This document shows, piece by piece, positions 9,269 to 18,518 of a stretch of 64,000 nt of DNA (positions are counted from its first letter, which is position 1; each line of letters begins with the position of its first letter). Location of the stretch: positions 1 through 64,000 of the forward strand of contig OX638351.1 in the NCBI GenBank assembly GCA_951813565.1, written 5' to 3'. The notes below the pieces were generated by a model, which was given only the letters and a program-made list of their open reading frames with translations, made no database searches and was not told where the DNA came from. This stretch comes from an uncultured Poribacteria bacterium. GTDB lineage: Bacteria; Poribacteria; WGA-4E; WGA-3G. Position numbers and translations under genes: made by a program.

Positions 9269-10171
9269 TTATGCTTCCCCCTTTACACGATTTAGGTATT
9301 TTACATAGATATTGCTAAGCGCAACAATAATAATCAGCAGAATATATGCCATAGCACATGCTTTTCCAGTGTTAAAGTTCCGAAATGCAAGTTTATATAG
9401 GTTCATTGAAACAGTTTCGGTGACAGTACCAGGACCACCTTCGCGTGTTAGCACATAGACGATGTCAAACATCTTAAAGGCATCCATAGTCCTGAACAGT
9501 AGCGCAATAAGCAATAGCGGAGAAACTAAAGGTAGCGTAATCCATCTGAATTTGAACCATGCTGAGGCTCTGTCCACATCGGCAGCTTCATAGAGGTATT
9601 TTGGGACAGCACTCAATCCTGCTAACGCAATCAACATCATAAAGGGTGACCACATCCATGTATCAACAATGACAACAGCCAACATCGCTACTTTAGGATC
9701 TGTCGTCCATCCGATGGGTGATTTGAGAATAGGACTAAGAAAATAGTTTAACAATCCTGAATTGTCCGAGGCAAGGATAAACCGCCAAAAAAGCCCGACT
9801 ACTACAGGAGATAACATCATCGGGAGTAGGAGTAGCGTTGTGACAAATCCTTTTGCACGGAATTGGCGATTCAGTAAGAGAGCGAGTCCAAACCCAATAA
9901 AAAATTGAGCAGTTACCGCTAAAATTACAAAGTAGGCGGTGGTCCGGAAATAACCCCATATTTCTGGGTCACTGAGGAGTCGCGCGTAATTACGCGCACC
10001 GATAAATTTGGGGGCTGTTGGCATGGACGCTTTGTAGCGATGGAAACTCAAATAGAGCGACCACAAGAGAGGAAAGATGTTCATCAAGATGAGCAAAATC
10101 ATCGTCGGCATGATGAATGCCATCTTAAGTTGGTAGTCGCTCATTCCACGAGAGAAACGGTTAGTCTGCAT
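9269..10171 (-). CDS. Carbohydrate ABC transporter permease (MalF-like)
   Basis: EAA motif LYEAADVDRAS; DTWMWSPF; six predicted TM segments. Confidence 0.92.
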   Translation of the reverse strand: MQTNRFSRGMSDYQLKMAFIMPTMILLILMNIFPLLWSLYLSFHRYKASMPTAPKFIGARNYARLLSDPEIWGYFRTTAYFVILAVTAQFFIGFGLALLLNRQFRAKGFVTTLLLLPMMLSPVVVGLFWRFILASDNSGLLNYFLSPILKSPIGWTTDPKVAMLAVVIVDTWMWSPFMMLIALAGLSAVPKYLYEAADVDRASAWFKFRWITLPLVSPLLLIALLFRTMDAFKMFDIVYVLTREGGPGTVTETVSMNLYKLAFRNFNTGKACAMAYILLIIIVALSNIYVKYLNRVKGEA

Positions 10172-10248
10172 ATTCTTTTTTGTTTCGTCCGTGATACTTT
10201 GCAGGCACTAAAGCAGCAGCCCGTTATATCTCCAATGAAACTTCAAAT

Positions 10249-10351
10249 TATGGTGATTTATAAAAATAAATAGACACTTTCACCCTTGGGTAGACGAGGT
10301 TTCCTAACCTCGCTGGTGTAAAGTGTATAAATAATTCAGAAATCTACCATA
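10249..10351. mobile_element. MITE-like element with TA ends and internal REP
   Basis: Imperfect TIR TATGGTGATTT..AAATAAATAGACAC / GTGTATAAATAATTC..AAATCTACCATA; internal hairpin CGAGGTTTCCTAACCTCG. Confidence 0.55.
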
Positions 10352-10461
10352 ATTAGGTAATTTAATAGGTGAGCGTATTGGAAATGTCTAATTGACTGAA
10401 CGATTGTACGTGCATGGTGGAAAAGCGCGCTAACAAAGCGCGCTCACCCAAGAATCCAAAT

Positions 10462-10631
10462 TATAGTGAACTTGAAAAATAAAGGGACATATTTTCTGTA
10501 GGAGCGATCTCCGAATCGCGACGGAACTCACTGATAGTCGGGAATCGGAGTTCCCTCCCGCCAAATGCCAAACGCGCATTTGGCGTTGATTCACATCTCA
10601 AAATGTCCCGTTAATTCTAAAGCTTACTATA
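10462..10631. mobile_element. MITE-like element (TATAGT..ACTATA ends) with REP doublet and inserted hairpin unit
   Basis: ~28-bp imperfect TIR TATAGTGAACTTGAAAAATAAAGGGACA / TGTCCCGTTAATTCTAAAGCTTACTATA; internal GTAGGAGCGATCTCCGAATCGCGAC. Confidence 0.65.
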
Positions 10632-10651
10632 GTTATAAGCCTACAATTAAC

Positions 10652-11968
10652 TTAGTCATAGTAGCCTGCATCCTCAAAGATTTCCTCATGTTTGCGTGCG
10701 ATAGTATTGAGGGCATCCGTTGCAGATTTGATCTTAGAGATAGCTTCACTCCAATTTGTCTGACACACCTCTAACAGTTCAGCGTATTCCGGCACTGCCC
10801 AGAAATCACGAAGATAAGGGAAACTCTCCGCAAACGCTTCGTTAAAAGGTGTCGCATTTTTGAAGGTATCAGATTGTAATACCTCTTTATGCGGTGTGAA
10901 TCCACCCAATTTTGCCCACTTTTCTTGCACGGGTTTCTGCATAAACCATTTCATATATTGTTTGGCGATGTCCTGATTCTTAGAATATGCAGAAATGGAC
11001 ATCCCTTGTCCACCTATACTAATATAGTGGTCTCCTTTTGGACCAGCAGGAGCAATAAAGAATCCGCTCTTGTCATGAGAAATTGGATTAGTATCGGGGT
11101 TAACAATACCGGGGAAAAATGCAAAATAGTTCATTGCCATCGCAACCTTACCAGAAATGTAGGCGTTTAAGGTTTCTTGCCAATAGTAGTTAGGGGCATC
11201 TGGTGGTGCGAATTTGAGCAAATCTGTGTAAAATTCAAGCGCTTTGACAGCGTCTTTACTATTGATGTGTCCTTTAACTTTATATTCGTCCGGGTTTCCA
11301 TAAGAGGCACCAAAACTCCACATGACTTGTTGGAATCCCATCGTAATTCCGTCATATTCTTTGCTGTACCAAGTCGCAATACCGTATAGGTCTTGATCAG
11401 GACGCGTAAAGAATTCGGCTATATCGCGGAGTTGGCTATATGTCTTCGGAGGGGCAAGAGGATAACCGTACTTTGCTTGGAAAGCCTTCATTTCTTCCGG
11501 ATCCTCAAAGAGGTCTTTCCGATAAACATAACCTGCAGCATCTACTTCAGCTGGAAGTGCCCAATAATTAGCACTCCCTTTCGGATATTCTGCAAAGGCG
11601 GTCATAGCGGGGCCGTAAATTGAATCAACATCTATATTCTTTTTAATCCAATCGGTCATGTCAATGTAGTGTCCTCCAACAGAATTCCTACCGAGCCATT
11701 GGCTATCACCGATTACAATGTCATAGAGGTCGCTCTTGCCAACGAACGCTGTGAACACCTTATCCTGAAAATTACCCCACGGAATCTGTACAACATCAAC
11801 AGTTATGCCTGTTTCGGCGGTAAAGTCCTTAGACAGTTCCTGCAAATAATTTGCTGGGTCCCATTCTGCCCAAACAATAGTTAAAGATTTTTGCGCATTG
11901 ACAGGTAAAGGGGCGCAAATCATTATTAGCATTAGAACAAGGACTGCCCCTGAACATAAGTATTTCAT
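10652..11968 (-). CDS. Sugar ABC transporter substrate-binding protein
   Basis: Signal peptide, AETGITVDVV, YDIVIGDSQW, YVYRKDLF, SGKVAMA; upstream of two permeases. Confidence 0.92.
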   Translation of the reverse strand: MKYLCSGAVLVLMLIMICAPLPVNAQKSLTIVWAEWDPANYLQELSKDFTAETGITVDVVQIPWGNFQDKVFTAFVGKSDLYDIVIGDSQWLGRNSVGGHYIDMTDWIKKNIDVDSIYGPAMTAFAEYPKGSANYWALPAEVDAAGYVYRKDLFEDPEEMKAFQAKYGYPLAPPKTYSQLRDIAEFFTRPDQDLYGIATWYSKEYDGITMGFQQVMWSFGASYGNPDEYKVKGHINSKDAVKALEFYTDLLKFAPPDAPNYYWQETLNAYISGKVAMAMNYFAFFPGIVNPDTNPISHDKSGFFIAPAGPKGDHYISIGGQGMSISAYSKNQDIAKQYMKWFMQKPVQEKWAKLGGFTPHKEVLQSDTFKNATPFNEAFAESFPYLRDFWAVPEYAELLEVCQTNWSEAISKIKSATDALNTIARKHEEIFEDAGYYD

Positions 11969-12095
11969 TCTATAACTACTCCTTTTGAATTAATCTGGAC
12001 GCGCTACTTTAGGTATAGTGGCGGCCAGTTGTGTCAAATTTTAAATAAGGATTATAGCAAATTGCATAATTATTAGCAAGCGAATTTAATATAAG

Positions 12096-12216
12096 CAGGA
12101 CTTACGCAAATTTAGCAGAAAAGGGATATTTTTACTCAAAATATAGTTATTAAGGCGTTTTTAACCCCTTAATTCCTCCTTATCGGTGGAATTTTGAACC
12201 TATTGCGTAAGTCCTG
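12096..12216. mobile_element. 121-bp MITE, CAGGACTTACGCAA family
   Basis: Perfect 14-bp TIR; 5-bp direct repeat ATAAG at 12091-12095 and 12217-12221. Confidence 0.85.
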
Positions 12217-12243
12217 ATAAGGATGTGTAAGTATTCAGTCAGT

Positions 12244-12467
12244 TGTCTGAACCAGGATTTACAAATAAACGCTGTAGGTTGGGTAGAACGGAAACCCACA
12301 ATAAAAGCAGATGCTAAAGAAAGGTTCATGATCCATTTGAGATTGATATTTCCGAAAAATAAGTGAAACCCAACTCTTTATTCTTCCAAGACGGTTGATT
12401 TGGGTTTCGCTGCGCTCTACCCAACAATCTTGAAAATCCTATAATCTTGTAAATCACGGTTCAGACA
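12244..12467. repeat. Composite repeat: TGTCTGAACC..GGTTCAGACA shell containing a ~150-bp REP-based element
   Basis: Terminal inverted repeat with 8-9-bp period AATCYT subrepeats; inner 12274-12425 is homologous to the reverse complement of 58125-58269. Confidence 0.65.
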
Positions 12468-12546
12468 TTAAGGATGGCAGGGCTGCGCTCATAAGGAAGG
12501 ATTGCGATTAGGAAATATTAAAACTTATCTTCTTTTTGAACATCTA

Positions 12547-13944
12547 TTATCTATTGTTGTCCACATCACTACATTTTAGGTTAATATCCCCTCCAACGCT
12601 ACGAAGTGTGAGGAGAGGACCATCTCCGTTAATAATCCCTTGCAATTGCCATTCTTTGGCGGAATCTCGACCGACTCTAATAACCGGGAGTTCGGATGTA
12701 ATGTTGCCACCGATACTTCTGGCATCAAGCTTCGTTAAAATCTCCGAAATCAAAGAGACAGCGATATCACCACCGGATGACTCTAAAGTCCAATCATCTT
12801 GGAGCTGTTCCAGTGTCATGGCAACGATAGAACCTCCTACGGTTTTAGCCGTAACAGGGCCGTCGTTTTCCAGATGTATATTACCACCTGAAGTTTCTAC
12901 TATTGCGCCACCTTTGCAGCGGATTAGCTTAATGGTGCCACCAGATGTTTCAGCAGAAATTGGACCAAAAACATCGGCACATCGCACATTTCCCCCTGAT
13001 GTGATCATGTCAACTCGACCAATGTTACCGTTTACTTCAATGTTGCCTCCTGATGATTCAATACGAACATCACTATTACATTTAGTCAACTTGACGTTTC
13101 CAAAACCAGTGTGTCCAAAAACAGAACCTGTAACATTTTCAAACTGAAGTTCACCTTTACCTGTTATGCTCTGAACTATTCCGTTCATATCGGTAACAGA
13201 AATATTCCCACCTGCAGTTTTTAAAGAAACATCGTAACCGGTTTGTGGCACTGTAATTTCAAAATGGATATCTAAACGGTCGGCGATATTTTTCCAATTT
13301 CTTTTCCGATCTTTGAACTTTGCGTTGATATGAAGTTCTTTTTCTTTTTCGTCAAAGGTTACGTGGAAATCTTTAAGAATATCAGCAGCGTGTCTATCGG
13401 CTTTCAACTGAGCAGCGCGCCGAACGATGACGTTGATGACTTCACTTTCTGCTGTCTGAACGTCAATTGTCCCAATGTCTGTATCAAGAGTCAGTTTTCC
13501 ATCAGGACTTACCTTGAACGATTCTTCTATGTCATCTAAGATAGTTTGTGTCAAGAAGTCTGGCATAGATTTACGTATTAAAACACCTATCTTCCCTTCC
13601 TTTAATTCTCCGCCAATGTTTTCAATAAATTTTTTGCCAAGAATGTTGGTCATCATATTTTTTAGATCAGATGATATTCCCAATCCTTCGCTGAGATAAG
13701 CTGCGAGGTGGTGGCAGGCGATACTAATTTCACTAAAGGATACATTTTCTTGTAATGGCTCAAAGAGTCCCATGGGCACTGCGTCTATCTCAGTCAAACG
13801 TTCCAAGACCTTATTAAATTGGGAGACGCATCGGCTTTCTCCATCCTTATATGCTTGTGTCAATATTGCATCTTCTGCTATTTCTGCTGTCTGCTCTAAT
13901 ATCTGGAAGAGTCCTCGAATTTCGTTTTGTCGTTCTTGTTCCAT
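12547..13944 (-). CDS. DUF4097 family beta-strand repeat protein
   Basis: Repeated (T/S)xGGxI motifs; C-terminal INGDGPLLTLRSVGGDI; downstream of ECF sigma. Confidence 0.8.
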   Translation of the reverse strand: MEQERQNEIRGLFQILEQTAEIAEDAILTQAYKDGESRCVSQFNKVLERLTEIDAVPMGLFEPLQENVSFSEISIACHHLAAYLSEGLGISSDLKNMMTNILGKKFIENIGGELKEGKIGVLIRKSMPDFLTQTILDDIEESFKVSPDGKLTLDTDIGTIDVQTAESEVINVIVRRAAQLKADRHAADILKDFHVTFDEKEKELHINAKFKDRKRNWKNIADRLDIHFEITVPQTGYDVSLKTAGGNISVTDMNGIVQSITGKGELQFENVTGSVFGHTGFGNVKLTKCNSDVRIESSGGNIEVNGNIGRVDMITSGGNVRCADVFGPISAETSGGTIKLIRCKGGAIVETSGGNIHLENDGPVTAKTVGGSIVAMTLEQLQDDWTLESSGGDIAVSLISEILTKLDARSIGGNITSELPVIRVGRDSAKEWQLQGIINGDGPLLTLRSVGGDINLKCSDVDNNR

Positions 13945-14031
13945 GTGTGATACCTCTCAATGTTGCGTTCAATTTGTCTGTCTTATACCAAATTAACGGA
14001 ATTCGTCTTGTTTTTCCAGTGTTTTTTCTAC

Positions 14032-14136
14032 TCTTCCGCTCCAGCGGAGCGGTATGTTTATAGCACGTGGAGTTTTCTGTCTTCCGCTCCAGCGGAGCGG
14101 TATGTAAAGACGATGAATCAAATGAATTTGGTATTA
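14032..14136. repeat. Two tandem palindromic repeats CTTCCGCTCCAGCGGAGCGGTATGT
   Basis: Copies at ~14033 and ~14082; third inverted copy with shared ~30-bp tail at ~33395-33450. Confidence 0.8.
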
Positions 14137-14192
14137 GATCAGGTTTGGATGCGAATCTACCGATCAGTTTCAAACTGCTGAGTCGCCTTAAA

Positions 14193-14777
14193 TTATAATA
14201 TCTCTCCATATCCTCGTTTTTCTAAAAGTGATTTTAGCAAATCTTTTGCTTTGTGTAGTCGCCATTTTACCGTTGTTAACGGTAGCGACAGAAATTCTGC
14301 AATTCGTTTCTGTGGCATATCTGCCCAGTAATAGAGTTTGATAACCTCCTGAAATTCAGTGGGTAAGGCATCAATTGTATCTCTGATTGCTTCATGTGTG
14401 GATTCCTGAACCAGAATCTGTGCTGGGTCGGAAGAAGCAGGATCGGCTTCCACTTGCAATTCCGCGTCTATATCTTCGTGAAATTGAAACCTATTGGCGC
14501 GTCTCATGAATCGCAGGGCACGATTCCGTGTAATTGAATGCAACCATGCACCAAATCTATTCAGATTGTCAAGTTGAGGTAACGCTTCAAAAGCGAGGAG
14601 AAAAGCGTCTTGGACAATATCTTCTGCTTCCGTTGGATTCCGGACGATGTGTTGTGCCACTGTTAGCATCGCCCGCTGATACCGTAAAACCAATTCATCA
14701 AATGCTTTGAGATTGCCTGCCAGCACCGCAATTATTAGCTCCGCGTCTTCCGCATCTTTCAATTCTTCTACGCTCAT
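14193..14777 (-). CDS. ECF RNA polymerase sigma-70 factor
   Basis: AEDIVQDAFL, FGAWLHSITRN (region 2); TTVKWRLHKAK (region 4). Confidence 0.93.
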   Translation of the reverse strand: MSVEELKDAEDAELIIAVLAGNLKAFDELVLRYQRAMLTVAQHIVRNPTEAEDIVQDAFLLAFEALPQLDNLNRFGAWLHSITRNRALRFMRRANRFQFHEDIDAELQVEADPASSDPAQILVQESTHEAIRDTIDALPTEFQEVIKLYYWADMPQKRIAEFLSLPLTTVKWRLHKAKDLLKSLLEKRGYGEIL

Positions 14778-14972
14778 GAAACAATTTCTCCTTTTCCTAA
14801 TATATTAGAGACATTATAGTCCGAAAAGGATAGTGTTTTACGCAATTTAATGGAAGATGCGAAACTAAAATTAAAATTGCAGGATTTCAGATGTACCAAT
14901 AAATCCTGCAAACATTACCTTGGCAAGATTTTTCCCTACAGTTGAGTGATGTCAGTGGTAAACCTTTTTTTA

Positions 14973-15449
14973 CTAAGACCCAGGTTTGAAAAATGTCACT
15001 AAGCAACCGCCGGCCGCTGCAAGCAAAATGCCGAGAACAAATTGCCAACGGATAGCACCCCAGCCACCTTCAGGTGGATGTGAAAGTGTCGCGACAATAG
15101 CATTTACAATTGGCGCGCCAGCGAAAACAATGGACATCACAACAGCGGGTCTGCCTTTCGCACCGAAAGCAAGCAAAACACCAAAAGCACCGATCGCACC
15201 GACAACCCCTGCGAGAAAAGACCAAGATACCCCCTTCTCTGTAAAAGACCATTCAGCGCCATTTACCATAAGCATTACGGCAGAACCGATGACAGCTACC
15301 AAAAGATATGCAAGACCGACAAAAAGGAACGCTTTGTAACGCCCATGCACAGCATCTGCCATAGACAACTGACCTTTATGCAGAAAAACTCCGTAGAGTC
15401 CCCAAGATGCAACGGTCATAACAACAAAAACAATCCACGTTTTAACCAT
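14973..15449 (-). CDS. Small membrane protein (EamA/DMT-like half)
   Basis: 158 aa, about five Gly-rich TM helices. Confidence 0.65.
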   Translation of the reverse strand: MVKTWIVFVVMTVASWGLYGVFLHKGQLSMADAVHGRYKAFLFVGLAYLLVAVIGSAVMLMVNGAEWSFTEKGVSWSFLAGVVGAIGAFGVLLAFGAKGRPAVVMSIVFAGAPIVNAIVATLSHPPEGGWGAIRWQFVLGILLAAAGGCLVTFFKPGS

Positions 15450-15520
15450 AATTTATCTCCTTTCCTTTATCAACAAAGTACTTAATATCGTTCAAAATAG
15501 TGATAAATACCTACAATTTT

Positions 15521-16810
15521 CTAAAGATATTTTTCAAATACTTTCATGAGTTGCTGCGCTATAATTTCGTCGCTGAGCTTTTGATGCACATTTGTCTTTC
15601 CTGCTGCACCTAATTGCTTGCGTTTTGAAGGATCTCGGAATAATTGCAATATGCCTTCAGCCACAGCTTCTGAAGATTCGGGTTCCACCAAAATCCCACC
15701 TTCGGTTGCCTTAACCATTTCTGGAAATGATCCGTGTTGAGGTTGCACTACTGGCACCCCATTTGCAAGTGCTTCTAATATGGATAGACCTTTCGATTCA
15801 CGGTAAACTGTTGGTACAGAGAAAACATGGAGACGGTTAAGGAAATCTATCTTTTCCGAACGTGTCACTTCGCCGTGATGCACAAAACTATCTTGCAGAC
15901 CCCAAGCATGAATTTGATTAACCAACTCCTCAAAATACAGTTCATCTTTTTTACCAAGATACCCTGCGACATGTAGTTTAACGTTATCTGCCCCTAACTC
16001 TTTTGTCAGTGTGTAGAACGCACTAACTAAAATATGTAACCCTTTTTCGGGACAGATACGCGCCAGATAACCGATATTGAAGGGTGGAGGCTCTGGTCTT
16101 TCAATTGAATTTCCGTGTCCTTCCAAGTTCAAACCGAGCGGGACCACATCAATCTTATCAACAGGTACTTTTAGATATTCTTCTGCCATAAATTGAGCAT
16201 AATAATAGCATGGCGCCACAAAACCATCTGCGTCTATGGCACGCTCCGCCAATAGGGTTAAAGCTTTAGCTTTGTAAGGATCAATCAGGTCTCGCAAAAA
16301 GATGTCTTCACCTTGGAGCGCGCAGACAACCGGAACATTCAACGCATTTTTAATTTCTCTCGCGAAACCTACAAGCATGGAATTAGTTAAATAGACGATA
16401 TCCGGTTCGTTGTCTTCTCTAAGCCACTTGACCAACTTCGCCAATTCTTTCTTCTGTTTTCCCTGTTCTGCACTCAACATTGAAACTGTTAATTGACCCA
16501 AATCTCGTGCATCTGTTGAAGCACTGAACCGCGATAACCCGTTTAACAGTGATGGATTATCTAATATTCTATCTAACGCCCACGGCGTATGTCGAAAGAG
16601 TGCAAGTTTTTGTTGGAGATATACATTAATCCCTCCGTAAAAGATGCGGTTCAAACTTACATTTTCTTCATCTGTTCTGGTCGGGGTATATGTTGGAATT
16701 AATGCAACATTATGCCCCTGCTTTTTTAGCGCTGTTGCGACAGAATTGTCATGGATGCAAGTGCCGCAATACATTCCTGCAGCCCCAGCTGTGATATATG
16801 CTACTTTCAT
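15521..16810 (-). CDS. Glycosyltransferase family 4 (GT-B)
   Basis: YLARICPEKG and ESKGLSILEALANGVPVV (EX7E); N-terminal MYCGTC. Confidence 0.9.
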   Translation of the reverse strand: MKVAYITAGAAGMYCGTCIHDNSVATALKKQGHNVALIPTYTPTRTDEENVSLNRIFYGGINVYLQQKLALFRHTPWALDRILDNPSLLNGLSRFSASTDARDLGQLTVSMLSAEQGKQKKELAKLVKWLREDNEPDIVYLTNSMLVGFAREIKNALNVPVVCALQGEDIFLRDLIDPYKAKALTLLAERAIDADGFVAPCYYYAQFMAEEYLKVPVDKIDVVPLGLNLEGHGNSIERPEPPPFNIGYLARICPEKGLHILVSAFYTLTKELGADNVKLHVAGYLGKKDELYFEELVNQIHAWGLQDSFVHHGEVTRSEKIDFLNRLHVFSVPTVYRESKGLSILEALANGVPVVQPQHGSFPEMVKATEGGILVEPESSEAVAEGILQLFRDPSKRKQLGAAGKTNVHQKLSDEIIAQQLMKVFEKYL

Positions 16811-16866
16811 GTTTTAACTTTTCGCCAAGATTAATAAATATAAACTCGCAAATCTCCCTTAAGTTA

Positions 16867-18327
16867 TTAATTGGTGAAAAACTTTTCAATAGTATCTGAT
16901 GATGGCGGTTTTGTGAGTAGAGAAACAATTATCAAAGTTAATGAAGAAACAAAGATAATTACAGCAACAGGCATAATTCCGGTTCCGCCAACAGTATATC
17001 CAGAAATTTGCCAATTCTGTAAAAAGAAGGACAGCCATAATAGAATTACGCTGATGATTGATGTGAATACACCAAGTTTTGTACTGCGTTTCCAAAACAG
17101 TGCAGCAACTACAATCGGAAAGAGTCCTGAGAAACCTGTGAAAGACCAAATTGCAAGCTTAAAGATACTCGGTGTAGCAATTAGAGAAATGATATAGGTT
17201 ATGCTAAGGATACCAATCACAAATAAACGTCCATACCATACCTGTTGTTTTTCGGACATCTGTTCTTGTCCACGTTTTCTAAGGTACGGACGAACAATGT
17301 CGTGTGTAAACATGCTCCCGAGGGAAAGCGATTGTGAATCAAGGGACGACATAATTGCAGCAAAGACACCTGCTCCTAAAAAACCAGCCAAAACACCTGG
17401 CGCATGCTGGCGAATCATCTGGATTAGTACTGTGTTAACTTCTGGCCCCTTTAAGCTGGGAAAATCTACATTGCCTAATATTCCAAGCAGTACACTCGGA
17501 ACCCACACGATTGCAATACAAATCGGATAAAAGATAATCGGATAGCGGAACGTCCCAACATCTTTCGCAGTCAGGCAATGTGAAAATATATGCGGAAACA
17601 TACCAACAGAGAGCGGAATACAGGTGTATGTCAAAAGTTCTAACGGCTTAATATGGTCAGCCTGCATCAATAAGCTTGGGTCAACTTTTGAAAGCGCACT
17701 GGAAAATCCGCCCATGCGATTTATAATCACTACAAAGGTGACACCACCAAGTATCATGAAAATCAACGTCTGGAACGTGTTAACCCATGCTGTGCCACGC
17801 ATGCCACTATAAGTTACATAGCAGAGAACAACAACACAAATCAGTAGTCCACCTAACCACTGCGGGATTGTGCTTTCCGTTATTTTTGCTAACGTATCTC
17901 CACCACCCATTACGCCAATGAGTAAATACGGTATGAGAAGTAACACCAGCACAATGAAGAGTAGTAATCCCAAGCCGTTTGATTCCCAGCGGTCTCGGAA
18001 GTATTGCACCTGCGTCATATATCCAAACCGTTTCCCGAGTCGCCATAATCGGGTTCCGATAAAGAGAAACACACACGGTACGACGATAGCTGAAGAGGAT
18101 GCCATTAATGCAAAAACGCCAATCCCTCTATCGTAAGCTTCACCGGACGCGCCAAGAATAGAAAATGCTGTCATGTGTGTTCCGAAGAGAGACATCAACA
18201 GCATAAACCAATTAATGTTCCGACTCGCCACAAAGTAATCTTCACCAGTATTTTGGAAAAACTTATGACTTAGAATACCTATACTCAGTACCAAAGCCAA
18301 ATAGATTATAATAACCGTCAGGATCAT
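16867..18327 (-). CDS. Sodium:solute symporter (SSS) family protein
   Basis: EDYFVASR, GMRGTAW, FAAIMSSLDSQ; start moved to ATG 18327 (GGAGGG RBS, overlaps DUF3311 stop). Confidence 0.92.
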   Translation of the reverse strand: MILTVIIIYLALVLSIGILSHKFFQNTGEDYFVASRNINWFMLLMSLFGTHMTAFSILGASGEAYDRGIGVFALMASSSAIVVPCVFLFIGTRLWRLGKRFGYMTQVQYFRDRWESNGLGLLLFIVLVLLLIPYLLIGVMGGGDTLAKITESTIPQWLGGLLICVVVLCYVTYSGMRGTAWVNTFQTLIFMILGGVTFVVIINRMGGFSSALSKVDPSLLMQADHIKPLELLTYTCIPLSVGMFPHIFSHCLTAKDVGTFRYPIIFYPICIAIVWVPSVLLGILGNVDFPSLKGPEVNTVLIQMIRQHAPGVLAGFLGAGVFAAIMSSLDSQSLSLGSMFTHDIVRPYLRKRGQEQMSEKQQVWYGRLFVIGILSITYIISLIATPSIFKLAIWSFTGFSGLFPIVVAALFWKRSTKLGVFTSIISVILLWLSFFLQNWQISGYTVGGTGIMPVAVIIFVSSLTLIIVSLLTKPPSSDTIEKFFTN

Positions 18328-18518
18328 TTTTCCCTCCATACGAATTTGACTAAGGAGAACATAAGCAGGGATGCAGCGAGGCAGAACAAGATGTGATAAA
18401 GCAATCCTACCGGCAGTCCTAAAACAATTTGAGGTGTTTCCCAAAACCAGAAATCGTTGTGGAGAATGAATAGCAGTACTATCAAACTATAGAGGACAGG
18501 TTTAAGCATAGTTTTCAT
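18324..18518 (-). CDS. DUF3311 small membrane accessory protein of SSS transporter
   Basis: LHNDFWFW..LGLPVGLLYH; two TM helices; GGGAGG RBS before ATG 18518. Confidence 0.8.
   Translation of the reverse strand: MKTMLKPVLYSLIVLLFILHNDFWFWETPQIVLGLPVGLLYHILFCLAASLLMFSLVKFVWREK

Noticed and set aside
13847..14209. 120-aa ORF between sigma factor and DUF4097 as anti-sigma
   Set aside because: Made largely of the palindromic repeat translation (HTAPLERK twice), overlaps both neighbours, and has no TM or HxxxCxxC motif
18328..18444. Extended N-terminus of the SSS ORF (likewise 33594-33746 for TSUP and 30120-30200 for MazG)
   Set aside because: The extensions overlap upstream genes or promoter DNA; downstream ATGs fit family length better
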